A DNA stretch of 63,902 nt, filler included, from Octopus bimaculoides (lineage: Eukaryota), in the NCBI RefSeq assembly GCF_001194135.2. It is 5 parts of 5 records of this genome, joined end to end, with 100 filler letters (N's around TTAATTAATTAA, not from the genome) between each part and the next. Parts side by side here need not be neighbours in the genome. Positions count along the whole stretch, not along the records: positions 1 to 28,198 come from NC_069002.1; positions 28,299 to 44,333 come from NC_068983.1; 3 more parts are not named here. One strand, written 5' to 3'. A program made the translations under genes and the position numbers. Position 1 is the first letter of the stretch. Each line of letters starts with the position of its first letter. The notes under the pieces were generated by a model, which saw nothing but the letters and a program-made list of their open reading frames with translations, did no database searches and had not been told where the DNA came from. Below, in pieces: positions 26,275-40,215 of the stretch.

Positions 26275-26605
26275 TCTTCTTCTTCTTCTTCTTCTTCTTC
26301 TTCTTCTTCTTCTTCTTCTTCTTCTTCTTCTTCTTCTTTTTCTTTTTCTTCTTCTTCTTCTTCTTCTTCTTCTTCTTCTTCTTCTTCTTCTTCTTCTTCT
26401 TCTTCTTCTTCTCTCCTCCTCTGTTTCCTCCTCCTCCCCTCGTCTAATTTTCTTCTTCTTCTTCTTCTTCTTCTTCTTCTTCTTCTTCTTCTTCTCTCCT
26501 CCTCTTTCTCCTCCTCCTCCTCTCGTCTAATTTTCTTCTTCTTCTTCTTCTTCTTCTTCTTCTTCTTCTTCTTCTTCTTCTTCTTCTTCTTCTTCTTCTT
26601 CTTCT
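26275..26605. repeat. (TTC)n / (CCT)n compound microsatellite
   Basis: Directly visible. Confidence 0.95.
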
Positions 26606-26720
26606 ATTTCAAATTATTTCTTTTTTTTTTGGCGTTTTCTTCCCAAACAATGATAAATAACTTTAATGAAAGAAGTTCGTTTTTCCGGTTTTAGATTTTC
26701 TTCAGGAAAATAAAAGTAGT

Positions 26721-26757
<37 letters not shown>

Positions 26758-26904
26758 GCAAACAAAGAAACAAACAAACTAGTAAGCAACATAATGTCGA
26801 ATTTTCCTGTTTGGTTCTTTGAATACACGCAAGAATACACACTCACGTAAACACACACACACACACACATATGTAAACACCCTCATGCATGCATATACAT
26901 GCAT

Positions 26905-27017
<113 letters not shown>

Positions 27018-27964
27018 TATACAAACGATCATGCACATATGTATGTACACATGTCGCTAACAAACACGAACCGACATCGAGTCTTAATGTATATTTTACG
27101 CCGTTCGATTTCTAACAAACTCACTAGCTTGTCATTCTTTGTTTCTTCGATTTTACTCCAATAAATTCTTATTCTTACCTGTTTGTGTGTGTGTGTATAT
27201 GCGTGTGTGTGTGTATATACATACATACATACATACATGCACAAACACGCACATGCATAAATATATGTACGCAAGTGTATATACATTACGTATACTTGGT
27301 CGGTGCTGGAATTTGCTGTATCGTCTAGACAAAGAGAGATTTTGAAAATCAGAACTGACTTCGAAGTTGTGCTCAGACGAGATACTCTTTGCCTCGTGTG
27401 AAAGTTCTGATGGTGTGAAGCTAAGATCTGAAATTTTCTCACCCTGTAAACACGTTCCTAAATATCTACTGACTGATCATAAACTTCCAAATAGAAAATG
27501 TCACAACCATTTATAAACCGTAGAGAACTATTGGGTCTCACTTGATTATGTCTTCCATTGCATTCCATAGTTCAGATTGTTTACCTTTTGGTGTAACATG
27601 AAGAATAATAGGATAAAAATTCTCAAAATAGAAAGAGGGAACAAATGCTTATAACTTGTTCTCTCCGAAAACTACGTAATCAATAACCCCAGTGTAGACT
27701 TCTGCGCCATTTAAAAAAAAAACAAATGCTTCACACAAAATGCAATTTCTTTGGAAATTCTATTTTGTGATTAAATTTTATGAATCTTCATAAATTTATA
27801 GTCATCTTGCAGTTTTCAAATAACCGTGGAATTTCTTCGGCTGCTGATAGTTAATTGTAAGCTTGTCAAAATTCATTTTGAATTTTCATCAGTATGTACG
27901 CAATCTATATATACACAATCATCTGTATATACACAGATTTCGTACAAGCCATATACTTTCTATA

Positions 27965-28175
27965 CGTGTTCTTGTTTCAATCATGTGACTAAGGCCATGC
28001 TGGAGCACCTCCTAGAAGGATTTAGTCGAACAAATCGACACCAGGGCTTATTTTTTGTTTTAAAGTCTAGTACTCATTCTATCTGTCTCTTTCGCCAAAC
28101 TGTTAAGTTACAGATACGTAAACACACTAACACCGATTGCCAAGCGTTGATGGTTGGCAAAAACAGCCAAAGAAA
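27965..28175 (-). mobile_element. SINE family A 3' part
   Basis: ggccatgctggagcacc...tcgacaccagg...tactcattctatc; further copies at about 35555-35948, 50815-51030, 56095-56285 (-), 43745-43925 (+); head at 56985-57110 (+). Confidence 0.8.
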
Positions 28176-28298
28176 CATACACGTATATATATATATATNN
28201 NNNNNNNNNNNNNNNNNNNNNNNNNNNNNNNNNNNNNNNNNNTTAATTAATTAANNNNNNNNNNNNNNNNNNNNNNNNNNNNNNNNNNNNNNNNNNNN

Positions 28299-28368
<70 letters not shown>

Positions 28369-28717
28369 GCATATAAATATATATGCGTACATATATATAT
28401 ACACAATTACATACACTCACGCGCATATTCACACACAATCACACACATACGCACGCACACATACACACACGCACTCACATACATATACACACACCTCCGG
28501 GACCTCCATAAGCAAATATATTGTTGTCTTTAGTTTCACGGTAGACTGCTTCAGCTAATCACCGTGCGAATCGAAATATCGTAGGTCAAGCGAGATACTT
28601 TTTAATGACGTTGTTATAATATTATAAAGCAAAAAGAAAATTTAAGCGATTATTTATTGAAATCGGGGTGATGAATACGATTATAGTGTATGTTCGTGTG
28701 ACTGTAATATTACTACC

Positions 28718-29053
28718 GCACTCGGTCGGTTTCGACGACGAGGGTTCCAGTTGATCCGATTAACGGAACAGCCTGCTCGTGAAATTAACGTGCAAGTGGC
28801 TGAGCACTTCACAGACAAGTGTACCCTTAACGTAGTTCTCAGGGATATTTAGCGTGACACAGCGTTTGACACATGATTGGCCCTTTGAAATACACGTACA
28901 GCAGAAACAGGAAGAAAGATGGAGAGAAAGTTGTGTTGAAAGAGTACAGCAGGGTTCACCAACACCCCCTGCCTGAGTATCGTGGAGCTTTAGGTGTCTT
29001 CGTTCAGTAAACATTCACAACACCCGGTCTGGGAATCAAAACCGCGATCCTAT
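28718..29053 (-). mobile_element. SINE family D, 5'-truncated
   Basis: Reverse complement of 49815-50195. Confidence 0.85.
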
Positions 29054-29399
29054 ATACATACATATATATATATACACCGTCTGGAATATATACATACATA
29101 CATACATACATTTATACATACATACATAAGCACACACTCAAATAATATAATAGAAGAAGAAGAAGAAGAAGAAGAAGAAGAAGAAGAAGAAGAAGAAGAA
29201 GAAGAAGAAGAAGAAGAAGAAATGGGAGTAGGAAAAGAAGAGAAAGAATAAGAAAAAATACGGGAGTGGTATGGTATGACAGTAGTAAGTTGTTGGTGAA
29301 GTACTCTTAAATGCTCAAGTGGCCTAAAAGTGACCTGTTGTGATTATAGTAGTAGTGATTGGAATTGTTCTGTTCTGAGTATATCGTTTTTAATATTTA

Positions 29400-30825
29400 C
29401 CTGGGTATTATTCTAAGGCCCTTGCAGTAGCGTCATCTGTGGTGGAGACATTCAAAAGGTGTTTATATTTTGCGATAAAATATGACACTTGCTAATGCGC
29501 TGTTTATAGGTTGCATCGTCTCTCAATTTATAGAGAGTAAAAATTCTGAAGTTGGGTTGTTCGTTAGTGGCGCAAATGTCGATGTGTTCGCTGAATGTTA
29601 TTTTTCTGTTTTCCCGAATTTTAATCGGGAAATGCAGTTGATTCGAAGCACAGAGAACTCCGATTGCTCATTTAGGTTGATACATATACCACAGTTACGT
29701 CTTCCGCATTTTCTTACTGCCGGCAGCAGTGTTGTTGACGAGTGGACTTGGCCTTGTGTTTATTAGACTTTTCATATATTTAGGTTGTCTTTTACTCTTT
29801 ATGATGGTGTGCGTTTGGAGGATTAAATTCATTCTGTGGTCCCTTTTTAGTAGAGGAATGTTCTAGAGGATGGTGTCGAAGGCTTCGTTGTTGAGGGGGT
29901 TGTGTGTGGAGATGTATGGTGGAGATTTTGGTTGTAAATTCTTCTTTAGTTTGGGATGTCAGAGTTCGTGGATGTTGAGTTGTAGAGCACGTTGAAAGCC
30001 TATATCAATTAGTGATGGTGAGTATTTCCTGGTAATGAGTGTAACCTTTAGTTCATGTAGACGTGTGTCCATGGTGCTTTTACCAGGTTGTAAGGGATAT
30101 TTATTCTAGTGTGTATGGGGTGGCATGAGTTGAACGGTAGATATTGCTTGGAGTCCGTGGGCTTATAGCATATATCTGTTTTTTATTTTGTTGTTGGATC
30201 TCTTAATGAGGATGTCGAGGAATGGAAGTTGTTGATGACTATATTCCATCGTAAATTGAATGATTATGTCAAGTTCATTTATAAGTACTTGAAATTCTTT
30301 AAGTTTCTCTATACTTCATGCCAAAGAATGAAGCAGTCATCAAGATACCCCTTCCAGTTATTTTCTATGTAGAGGGAGAATGGGTTGCCGTATTTCTCTA
30401 GTAACTTACGATAAAGATTGATTTCTAGATAGCCCATGACTAGGTTAGCGAAGGAGGGGCCCATCGTACCCATCGTAGTCCCCGATTTTTGTCGATAGAA
30501 GACGAAGTTATTATCCAAGTTGAATTTTAGCCCTTCTATAACGAATTCTTTTTGCTACTATGTGGGAGTACATTGGAGTAGTTCTCTAGCTAGAATTGAA
30601 TTGCCTCTATTCCTAGGCTGTGGGTGATTTTAGAATAGAGGTTGACTACATCGAAGGTTACTACTAGGGTGTTTTTATTTATTGTTTTAGGGAGATGATT
30701 GAGCATATACAGGTCGTCCCTTATGTAGCTTTTGATATGCTTGAGGAATGGTTTTAAAAGGCGGTGAGTTTCGCATGCCGGACCTTCTATTATTGGTCTT
30801 GATTTGAGGTCATTATGGAAATATA
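29400..30825 (-). mobile_element. Penelope-like retroelement remnant (RT plus GIY-YIG region), with stops and frameshifts
   Basis: SRPIIEGPACETHRLL...RDDLYML; TFDVVNLYS; QKSGTTMGT.GPSFANLVMGYLE; W.GYLDDCFILW; KPTDSKQYL.FNSCHP; KCGRRNCGIC; FIAKYKHLLN. Confidence 0.9.
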
Positions 30826-31794
30826 AAAAAAAAGCATTTCATTTAATCTTTCCACAATTTAATTGTTTTTCATGCTTTAATCTAAGTTGAAGAAGTGGCA
30901 AAGACTGGAACCGGTACTAAGATATTCTTCATGATAAAATTGTTTTAGCATTTTCTACCTTGTCCTAGTCTCCTAGCTAGAGGCGATGGCTTCTTGGAGC
31001 TAATTCACGGCAGCTNNNNNNNNNNNNNNNNNNNNNNNNNNNNNNNNNNNNNNNNNNNNNNNNNNNNNNNNNNNNNNNNNNNNNNNNNNNNNNNNNNNNN
31101 NNNNNNNNNNNNNNNNNNNNNNNNNNNNNNNNNNNNNNNNNNNNNNNNNNNNNNNNNNNNNNNNNNNNNNNNNNNNNNNNNNNNNNNNNNNNNNNNNNNN
31201 NNNNNNNNNNNNNNNNNNNNNNNNNNNNNNNNNNNNNNNNNNNNNNNNNNNNNNNNNNNNNNNNNNNNNNNNNNNNNNNNNNNNNNNNNNNNNNNNNNNN
31301 NNNNNNNNNNNNNNNNNNNNNNNNNNNNNNNNNNNNNNNNNNNNNNNNNNNNNNNNNNNNNNNNNNNNNNNNNNNNNNNNNNNNNNNNNNNNNNNNNNNN
31401 NNNNNNNNNNNNNNNNNNNNNNNNNNNNNNNNNNNNNNNNNNNNNNNNNNNNNNNNNNNNNNNNNNNNNNNNNNNNNNNNNNNNNNNNNNNNNNNNNNNN
31501 NNNNNNNNNNNNNNNNNNNNNNNNNNNNNNNNNNNNNNNNNNNNNNNNNNNNNNNNNNNNNNNNNNNNNNNNNNNNNNNNNNNNNNNNNNNNNNNNNNNN
31601 NNNNNNNNNNNNNNNNNNNNNNNNNNNNNNNNNNNNNNNNNNNNNNNNNNNNNNNNNNNNNNNNNNNNNNNNNNNNNNNNNNNNNNNNNNNNNNNNNNNN
31701 NNNNNNNNNNNNNNNNNNNNNNNNNNNNNNNNNNNNNNNNNNNNNNNNNNNNNNNNNNNNNNNNNNNNNNNNNNNNNNNNNNNNNNNNNNNNNN

Positions 31795-31829
<35 letters not shown>

Positions 31830-32801
31830 GCGTGTATATGTGTACTGCCGTAATATTAGTTCCCACCACCTCAGGTGCATAATGAAAGACAATGGAAACA
31901 CGATAATGGGAAATCAACCTAATAATGTCATTTTTAATTATGATAGGCCAGTTGCCAAACAAGTCCGTAAATTCTTTTCAGTATACATCCCCAATGAAAT
32001 GGTTTGGAATTACGATTATTCTTAAACGAAACTCGAATTATAAAAGCCCATTGAGTAGTCATAAAGTAAAAAGATATCTATAACTAACTTTGGTCATACT
32101 CCTTATGGACGAAACAAGAACAACCTCAGTCTTATCTTGATATTTCTTTGCATGACGTCCCTCTCTAGCTCTCTCTCTCTCCCGCGCACAAACAGATACA
32201 CACACACAGACAAGCGAGAACACACACACACACAGACACAGACACACACACACACATACACACACATACACATACACACAGACAAGCGCCCCCCCCCATA
32301 CACGCACGCACATGTGTTTATTAAGTCAGAACGCACAGAAATATGCCAACATGAAACGTGTAAATAATACGTACTGTATCCGCTGTTTTATTGTATTTAC
32401 TGTAAGTTTCAAACTTTATTAACTTTAACTCCATGTTTCACACTTCTGACCTTCGCTTGTGTTTATACACACACAGACACAAACACACACACACACATGC
32501 ACATTTTCACACGAGTGCACATATGTGCGTAGGTCGGAAGTGGAATGTATAGATGTATGTATTTGTGAGTGTGTCTATATGACGTATATATGTGAATATA
32601 TATATATTTACGTACTCACACACACGCACACGCACATTCACACCCATACACACACGCACACACACATACATATACACAGACAAGCAGGTAAACATCATAC
32701 ATGTCAGTGCAGGTAGGAGAGGAGGGTGGTAATTACTAGAGGGATGGTGAGAGGGAGATAGATAGATAGATAGATTGAGAAAGAGTGTGAAAGAGAGAGA
32801 G

Positions 32802-32879
<78 letters not shown>

Positions 32880-34055
32880 GGGTATCTAGTAAGATCTAGG
32901 CAGTACTAGTTAGCGTATGTCTGCTAAAAAATTGAAGTATGCCTATATAGATTTTCTCCACTAATGAAGCCATTTAAGTTTTGTCGTCGTTGTGTTTATC
33001 CATTTCACCCTTGGGTTATTGTTCTAACAAACAAATTGTCTGAAAGTTGCATTCTACAACATTCTGATTATGCATTGGTAAATTCAGATGTAAACTGTAA
33101 ACATTTTTGGAAACAGTCCAAAAACAGAACCAAAAGCAGCCGACATTATTATCAATAAGAAATTATTGTATTTATTCCTTTCCTTTGAAATATCACTAGG
33201 AACTGTTAATTGAACTTAATTTAAGCGAGTACTTTCCCCCCAAATTCTTTTGTATATTTCTTATTTGTAAGTAACGTTCTGATCTGACGCCCTGGGGTGA
33301 TTGGGGGGGGGAGGTATTGTAGCTTTCATAATGTTGAACTCTTGTTGAGAACTTCTCTCCCCGTCTGTAGCATATATCTTGAAAAGTTCAGGCAATATTG
33401 AATATACTGATATTGTTTAATCAGGGAGAAAGATAAAATTTTGTGTAACCGTCAACCTTGAAGCGAAATGTACCGATTTATTTTATACATTTGCAACAGT
33501 AAAATATAGAATGTGTTCGGCTGAGGGACACCAGGTAGAAACATAGGGTGATATGAACCATTTTAGTATACGTGCATGGTAGATGGTTTCCTATTGGACT
33601 GCGTCAGTGGATGAGAGAGAGAGAGAGGGGGGAGAGAGAGAAAGAGAAAGAGAGAAAGAGTGAACGTGCAAACGAACACATATGTACCCTGTGTAAAGAA
33701 ATTATTTTATGACAATGCTCATGAAACAAAAGATAAAACAGTAGAGGTCTGTACCCTATTGATCACATTGTTTTATGTACAAGGCCAAAATGATTATCTT
33801 TCAAACGGCTTGTTCAGTTAGCAGAAAAGGGCTGTTATAGTGAAGGAACGATTTATCATCATATGCATTTTCACTGCACGTTTTCTTTAGCTTACACTGC
33901 TTAGTTCAGTTGCTCTAACTTGATATTAATTCAAGGTTTTAGCCAACTGTGAAAGCTAAGCTATAAATGATGGCAACACCGCGTTTTAAAAATGAGGAAA
34001 TTTTATTTCTTGCAATAAAAAGTAAAAAATTGATAGTTAAAAGTTTCAAGCGGGC

Positions 34056-34142
34056 ATGTGTACCGACATAAAAAACTACCATTCGTTGTCTAATTTACTT
34101 TGGAAGATCAGATGTATGTATCAGTTTATATTGTGCCTGAGC
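34056..34142 (+). CDS. Candidate exon 1 of unknown antisense nested gene (MCTDIKNYHSLSNLLWKIRCMYQFILCLS)
   Basis: First ATG after an in-frame stop, 29 open codons, donor |gtaagc in phase 0; 70-nt intron to next exon. Confidence 0.3.
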
Positions 34143-34212
34143 GTAAGCTTGATTTGTTATGATTTTGTTAGTCGTAAAGAGCTGTGTTGATGGTCTTCAC
34201 ATATATTTCTAG

Positions 34213-34253
34213 ACTGCTGACGCTAATGCCCTTGATCTTCCTTTTGAACATTT
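34213..34253 (+). CDS. Candidate exon 2 of nested gene (TADANALDLPFEH)
   Basis: tatttctag| and |gtaagt; 41 nt, phase 0 to 2. Confidence 0.35.
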
Positions 34254-34878
34254 GTAAGTCTATGTCTGCTTGATTTTCTGTTCAACAAAGCAAGGTTAAG
34301 TGTCAGAGTAAAGTTGGTGCATTCACCAATTGACGACCAACCAAGTAGTCCATCCTCGATCTCCCATTATAAGGATTCCATTATCTGAAATCGTCTTTTA
34401 AGTACCACGAGTATATCTTTTTACATCATCATTTATGTATACTACAATACTTTAAACAAAATGTATTTGATCAAATTTCATATTAACTCGTTTGGTGTTT
34501 GAGTTATCTAAAACTATTTCGTTACCTTTGATATTTTAAGCACGTTTTGTTTGTACAAAGACGTAGACGAGCCGTTGAGAGGAACTCTATGCAATCGTTA
34601 AGAATACAAACAAAACTTCGATTTTGTTTCAATGTCTATTCAAATCTCATCGCCAAAATGATATCTCTTTATACACGACCAATCATCACAAAACGGAGAC
34701 ATGGATAGAGTAGTTCTAGACACTATATCAAATCAAAAGGGTAGAATGCCTTTGACAATAGGATTTCTTTATCAGGGATTACGCACTAAAACAAAGACAA
34801 TAACTCAAGGACGAGCTCCAGTAAAGTAACATGCTCTTTGCATACTACCACAAAAAGGATGTCTGTAGTGTTCTATAG

Positions 34879-34914
34879 TAACGAAATCTACCTCGAATTA
34901 CATACTACTGCTAT
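34879..34914 (+). CDS. Candidate exon 3 of nested gene (NEIYLELHTTA)
   Basis: gttctatag| (alternative upstream acceptors exist) and |gtaagt; 36 nt, phase 2 to 2. Confidence 0.3.
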
Positions 34915-35084
34915 GTAAGTGGAAACACATTGACAAATGTCATCCCAGATGCACTACAGGATGGCTATGTATCTATTGCAGCCTTGATATGTTTACCAAA
35001 TCAAAGTCGAAATGGGGCTAAAGAACACAAGATCAGTAAAAATGATAAGTATATAAAGTATATATAAAGTATATAAAGTACACA

Positions 35085-35117
<33 letters not shown>

Positions 35118-36653
35118 GCACGCGCGCACAGGCACGCATGTACAGACACACACATATATTGTCACTATCGGATTGAGTGGTCCTACCTTTCTGTCTTTGG
35201 TATAGAAACAAAGAAGAAAGCTTACTTGTAGCCGAAGGTGGGTAGTTTCCTATCAATATAGTGTTTTTCGTTCTTCCGTATGCTTGAGGATTAATGTTAG
35301 TAGGTAGTGTGGGGTATCTATATATGAATATATATATATATGCATATGTGTGTGTTGTTTATGCGGTTAAGTGTATTAAATACATTCGATGAATACATTT
35401 ACCAATATGTTTAAATTATATTTGCGCAAACAACTTTGAATCTCCCCTAAGCTTTTTGTATGAAATATTGTACTAGAATCTAATTTAAGGTTATCAATAA
35501 TGGCTATTTTGAATAAATATTTATTTCAGTTACAAACTTTCTTTCAATATTCTATCATTTCCTTGTTTTAGTCATTAGACTGTCGCCATACTGGGGCACC
35601 TCCTTGAAGAATTTTAGTCGAAGAAATCGACCCCAGTGCTTATTTATTTTGTTTTTAAGTTTGGTACTGATTCTATCGGTAATTTCTGCCGAAACACTAA
35701 GTTACGGGGACGTAAACACACCAATACTGGTTTTCAAGCGGTAATCATGAGACAAATACAGAAACACATACACACACACACATGTATATACGACGGGCTT
35801 CTTTCAGTTTCCGTCGACTAAATCCTCTTCCAATGCTTTACTTGGCCTGAGGCTATAGTAGAAACACTCGCTCAATGCACCACGCAGTGGGACTGAACGT
35901 CGAACCATGTGGTTGAGAAGCAAGCGTCTTACCGCACAGTCACGCCGACATACAGGAGACATTAACAAATGATTTTTAGAAAGTATACTACAATAAAAGT
36001 CACAAGTAACTAGTCTGAATGTTCAAAGACGAGTAAAGATTCAACTGAAAATTAATAGTTTTTAAGAATCTTTTGCTGTGAAACGCAATCGATTAGTAGC
36101 GTGTATAAAGTGTATTAAAATGTTAAAAAATCCAAGATAAGATAAGAAGCAGAACATCTAGAAAATGAAGAAAACAGTGATAGTCTGAGAAGTATTTATC
36201 AGATAGGGCCTTCCCAAAACTCACAACACTCACATCATCACAGTACACAAGTTAACAATACAAGCCAATGTGGGTGTATGTACAGGGTAGATCAAGCTAC
36301 AAGAAATAGTAGCTAAATCTCTCTCTGTAAATTCACGTGTAGTCTTAAAAGAATGAATACGTTTAGATACGGAGTTCAGGATATTCTTAAACAGCCAGAT
36401 CATAACAGTTGAAATTCCTTTGTTTTTAGGCTTATTCATTAAGGATTGAACTTGGGGGCCAAGCAACAGCATCAGCAACAGCAGCGATAAGAAGGGGCCA
36501 AAGAAATAGACCCCATATGCTGAACACACCTGCAAGAAATAGCAGTAAATCTCGCACATATTACAACTTGTGAATTTAAGAAAGCGAAGCGACACCTTTG
36601 GATATATTGTAAATGCTTCCGCGAGATCTTCGATTATAGGTCTTTTCGGCCTC

Positions 36654-36698
<45 letters not shown>

Positions 36699-37917
36699 AA
36701 CCAGCGCATAATAAATTGCGAACTAATTTTACATCTTTTATTTCTATTTCTATGAATTTTTTTTTTTAAAAGTGAAAATGTTAAAATATCAATTCTCACT
36801 GACCACACAGTCTGATAAAAACCATAAAAAATTAATGGTGTTGGTCGATGATGTGACTATTTAATGACCAAATCCACTAACGAACTGCTGTTTTTATATT
36901 TTCCAAAATTTCTATAAATTGAATTTATTGAAGTCAACTCCCTATCATGCTGCTTTTAGATTTTTAAAACGTCCCCTAAGAGACACAGCTTCTGTTTGCT
37001 AAGTGTAAAGATAATAACAATAAATCGAAGTTTTATCATATTTGTACTGTGTACAGAAAATGCATCTGGCCCGATGCATCGCTTCAAATGGAGAAGATTT
37101 TGAAGGCGATAAAAGTGTAAACGTATAACTAAGCGAATATAATATTGCAAAATTCCAGTTTCTTTTGGGTACCCCCTTATACTGTTTAAAAACTTTCAAT
37201 CAAATAAGTTTAATGGAGTTATCTCCTTTGCTTGTTGTTTTCAGATTAACACGCGTAGAAGTTTCTGTCTCTAAATTGCATATCAGTCTATATATCAGCT
37301 GATCGAAAATTTTCAGTTCTCTAAATGAACATGTGATATTCTATCGTATTACTGGATTGTTCACTAGCAATTTCTTAGAAACAGAAGGAAACAAACTCAA
37401 CTATTTTTCACACATGCCAACACACGAACATCAGACCTATCAAGTGATCACGTTTTCTTATTTCCTATCTCAATGAGAAATCGAAAGTTTTAAGATGAGC
37501 TATTGAGATTGGTTGTTGTTGTTGTTGGGGGTGGTGTTTAGCAACAGATCAGTTTAAATATGTTCCAGTTGTGACCATTCCGTCTTTTGTTTCAGGTATA
37601 GCTTTTCTATGCCGATTTTGGATAATCTAAATGGCCACTTAATCAGCTGGAAATAACAATTAACTGTTGTTCAATTCACACCCTGCCGTATTAAGAAATG
37701 AAGGATACATTGGACAGAAATTATTGGTCGATTGACATATTCCGAAAGGAATAGAATAAAACTAACAATAAAACAGGTTAATGATTGAGAAACTGCCCTC
37801 TGGATAGGACATCAGTCTACTATGTATATTGTAGGATTTGATTTCAGCACGTTAACAGGTATAGTGGCTCTGTGTTTTATCTAATAACTCTACTTAGGAA
37901 TAAAAATTTTACATATA

Positions 37918-38143
37918 GAGGATTGGCCAAAAGTCATCCGACAGTAAATCAAAATTCCATAAATACTGTAATTCTGTATTGACTCGAACGGGAAAATGTG
38001 TCGCTCAAGAACTTCAGTTTGAACAATTTTTATGATGTTTCATATTTAGATGCTTTTATTAAATTCATTCAGTTGCTAAACATAAATAAATCTTTGAATT
38101 AAATGGTTTTGATTTACTGTTAGGTGACTTTTGGCCAAGCCTG
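37918..38143. mobile_element. Tc1/mariner-type MITE, 226 bp
   Basis: About 37-bp TIR (caggcttggccaaaagtcacctaacagtaaatcaaaa) with TA at 37916-17 and 38144-45. Confidence 0.88.
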
Positions 38144-39343
38144 TACAGGTAGACAGCATTACCAAGGGTTCAGCAGACTTGAATGTAACTGCATGTTACC
38201 GTTGTGCGAGGTGTCTCCTAATAAATCTTGACTACGAAGAATTTTTCAGCATATACTTGAAACTATTTCGCTTCAATTATGAAAGTGATAAACACCACAA
38301 AATTCTATCGACTCAAAATAACGGAATTTTTCGATTTTTCTTTTACAAAAAATCTTATATACTCGGTACGTTCTTTTCTTGTATTGACTAATCTCATTTT
38401 CATCGAACACTGTTTTGTATTAAGTTTGGTACAAAAGATTGTTTTTCCTCGATACTGATCAATGGGAAATCTATCATACAAAAAGCTGCTGCTGATGTCC
38501 TTTGATAACATTTATGAATTTCAGTAATTCCAGACAGTATTTATGTTTATATAATGCTAATCTCTTTTACTTTTGCATCGCAAACTAAAACTCCTTATTA
38601 ATAAAGAGTTTCTGTAAGTGAAACCCTTTAACCTAAACGATCATAGTTTATCCCAGGTCAACAGAATTGATTATTTGTTTCTTGCATTTTTTAGTGAATA
38701 AGAGATCAACATATGTCAAATTAGTGTTCAAATAAAATGTTTAATAATGAGAATTTAGATAATTTTAGATGGCCATAAATGGTACGAAATGCATTTCAGC
38801 TTAACAGAACGTTCTTTTTTTACTTAGAAAAGACAATAGAGTTAAACAGACCTCTTTTATTGAATGTTATTATATGAAACAAAATACTTTTATTACATTA
38901 CTGCATTATGATAAAATAACAAAGTCGAATTTTCGTACTAATTAGAATAAGTACTTGTAACAAATTGCATTACATGTTTATTTAACCTAAGGTGATGTAC
39001 TGGAAGAATCGTTAAAGCTATAAAAAAGAAAAAAGAAAGAACGAAAATGCTTAGAGTTATTTATTCCGGCCCTTGAAGTTTTGAGTTCGCATCCTACCGA
39101 GATCAGCTTTGCCTTTCATTCTTCGTGCATCGATAAAATAACAGGCAGAATCGTTATCACACAGGATGAAATGTTTAGCAGTGTTTCGCTCATCGCTTCA
39201 TTTTGAGTTGAAATTCCGTGGAGGTCGACATTGCCTTTCATCCTTTTGGTGTTGATAAAATAGGTACCAGTTGAAGAAAGGGGTCGATATAATCAACTCA
39301 TCTACTCCCCCAAAATTGCTGCCCTTGTAGCAAAATTTGAAAC

Positions 39344-39394
<51 letters not shown>

Positions 39395-39511
39395 CATTAT
39401 TATCATTTTTAATATTACTATCATTATTCCTGTACGTTCAACAGATTAGTCCGTTGGAAAAGAATCGAGTTATGATTGCATGTAGGAGTATATGTATTTT
39501 TGAATATCTAG

Positions 39512-39635
39512 GCATGTATATGTCTTCGGCATTGACACTTCTCGTGTCGGAGATTTTAATTTTTTCACCATCGAAGGAAATATTATCAAGAAGAGAAGTC
39601 AATGTCGTGGATTTGCTTACGATGAATCTCAGCCT
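39512..39635 (+). CDS. Candidate exon 4 of nested gene (HVYVFGIDTSRVGDFNFFTIEGNIIKKRSQCRGFAYDESQP)
   Basis: tttttgaatatctag| and |gtgagt; 124 nt, phase 2 to 0; repeat-free patch with higher GC than flanks; in-register antisense frame also open. Confidence 0.5.
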
Positions 39636-40173
39636 GTGAGTAAACAACCCACTCACTTTGGCTTTAGAACCACCATCTGAGCCACATGGAGAATGAGACA
39701 AACAATATCAGGTGATATATCAAAACACTGGATTGTCTCTGTGTGTTGGGATCAACATCTCACTCAAACGTACAAATGCCCACAAATATATACGTATATA
39801 CACACATAAATGATATAATTGTAAATTTTGATTTTGCCTCCAGTAATAATAATTAACCCTCAATCTAGTATTCATTATTAATCTACTTTTGACACTATCA
39901 GGTATTAATTACTAATCTACTATTGGCTGTATTTTCACATAATTAAACCTGAAAGACTATTTTGGCCTCACATTCTATTTGTAAGTAAACACGCATATAT
40001 GTATATATGTAAACCTACACTCATACATACATACATACGTATGAATGTATTTTATGTATGAATGTATGTATGTATGTATGTATATATATTCTACCTGCAA
40101 TAATACACATACACTATCTGCGTGTATTATTAATTATTCATTATTTAAGTCCTTATTGACTGTNNNNNNNNNN

Positions 40174-40215
<42 letters not shown>

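Noticed and set aside
27300-27445. Minus-strand acceptor with two open frames
   Set aside because: No cadherin motifs, no convincing donor; runs into a microsatellite
28243-28254. TTAATTAATTAA inside N-runs (also 44378, 51588, 62806)
   Set aside because: Six-frame-stop scaffold linker centred in 100-bp spacers; assembly artefact marking joins of uncertain size
33250-33410. Minus-strand LFKIYATDGE, superficially cadherin-like
   Set aside because: No other EC motifs, no usable splice sites, bounded by stops
38131-38391. 86-aa plus-strand ORF
   Set aside because: Starts inside the MITE TIR with a non-ATG codon; no splice support or motif
39438-39701. 87-aa minus-strand ORF as a missing cadherin exon
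   Set aside because: No cadherin motifs; it is the in-register antisense of the plus-strand candidate exon
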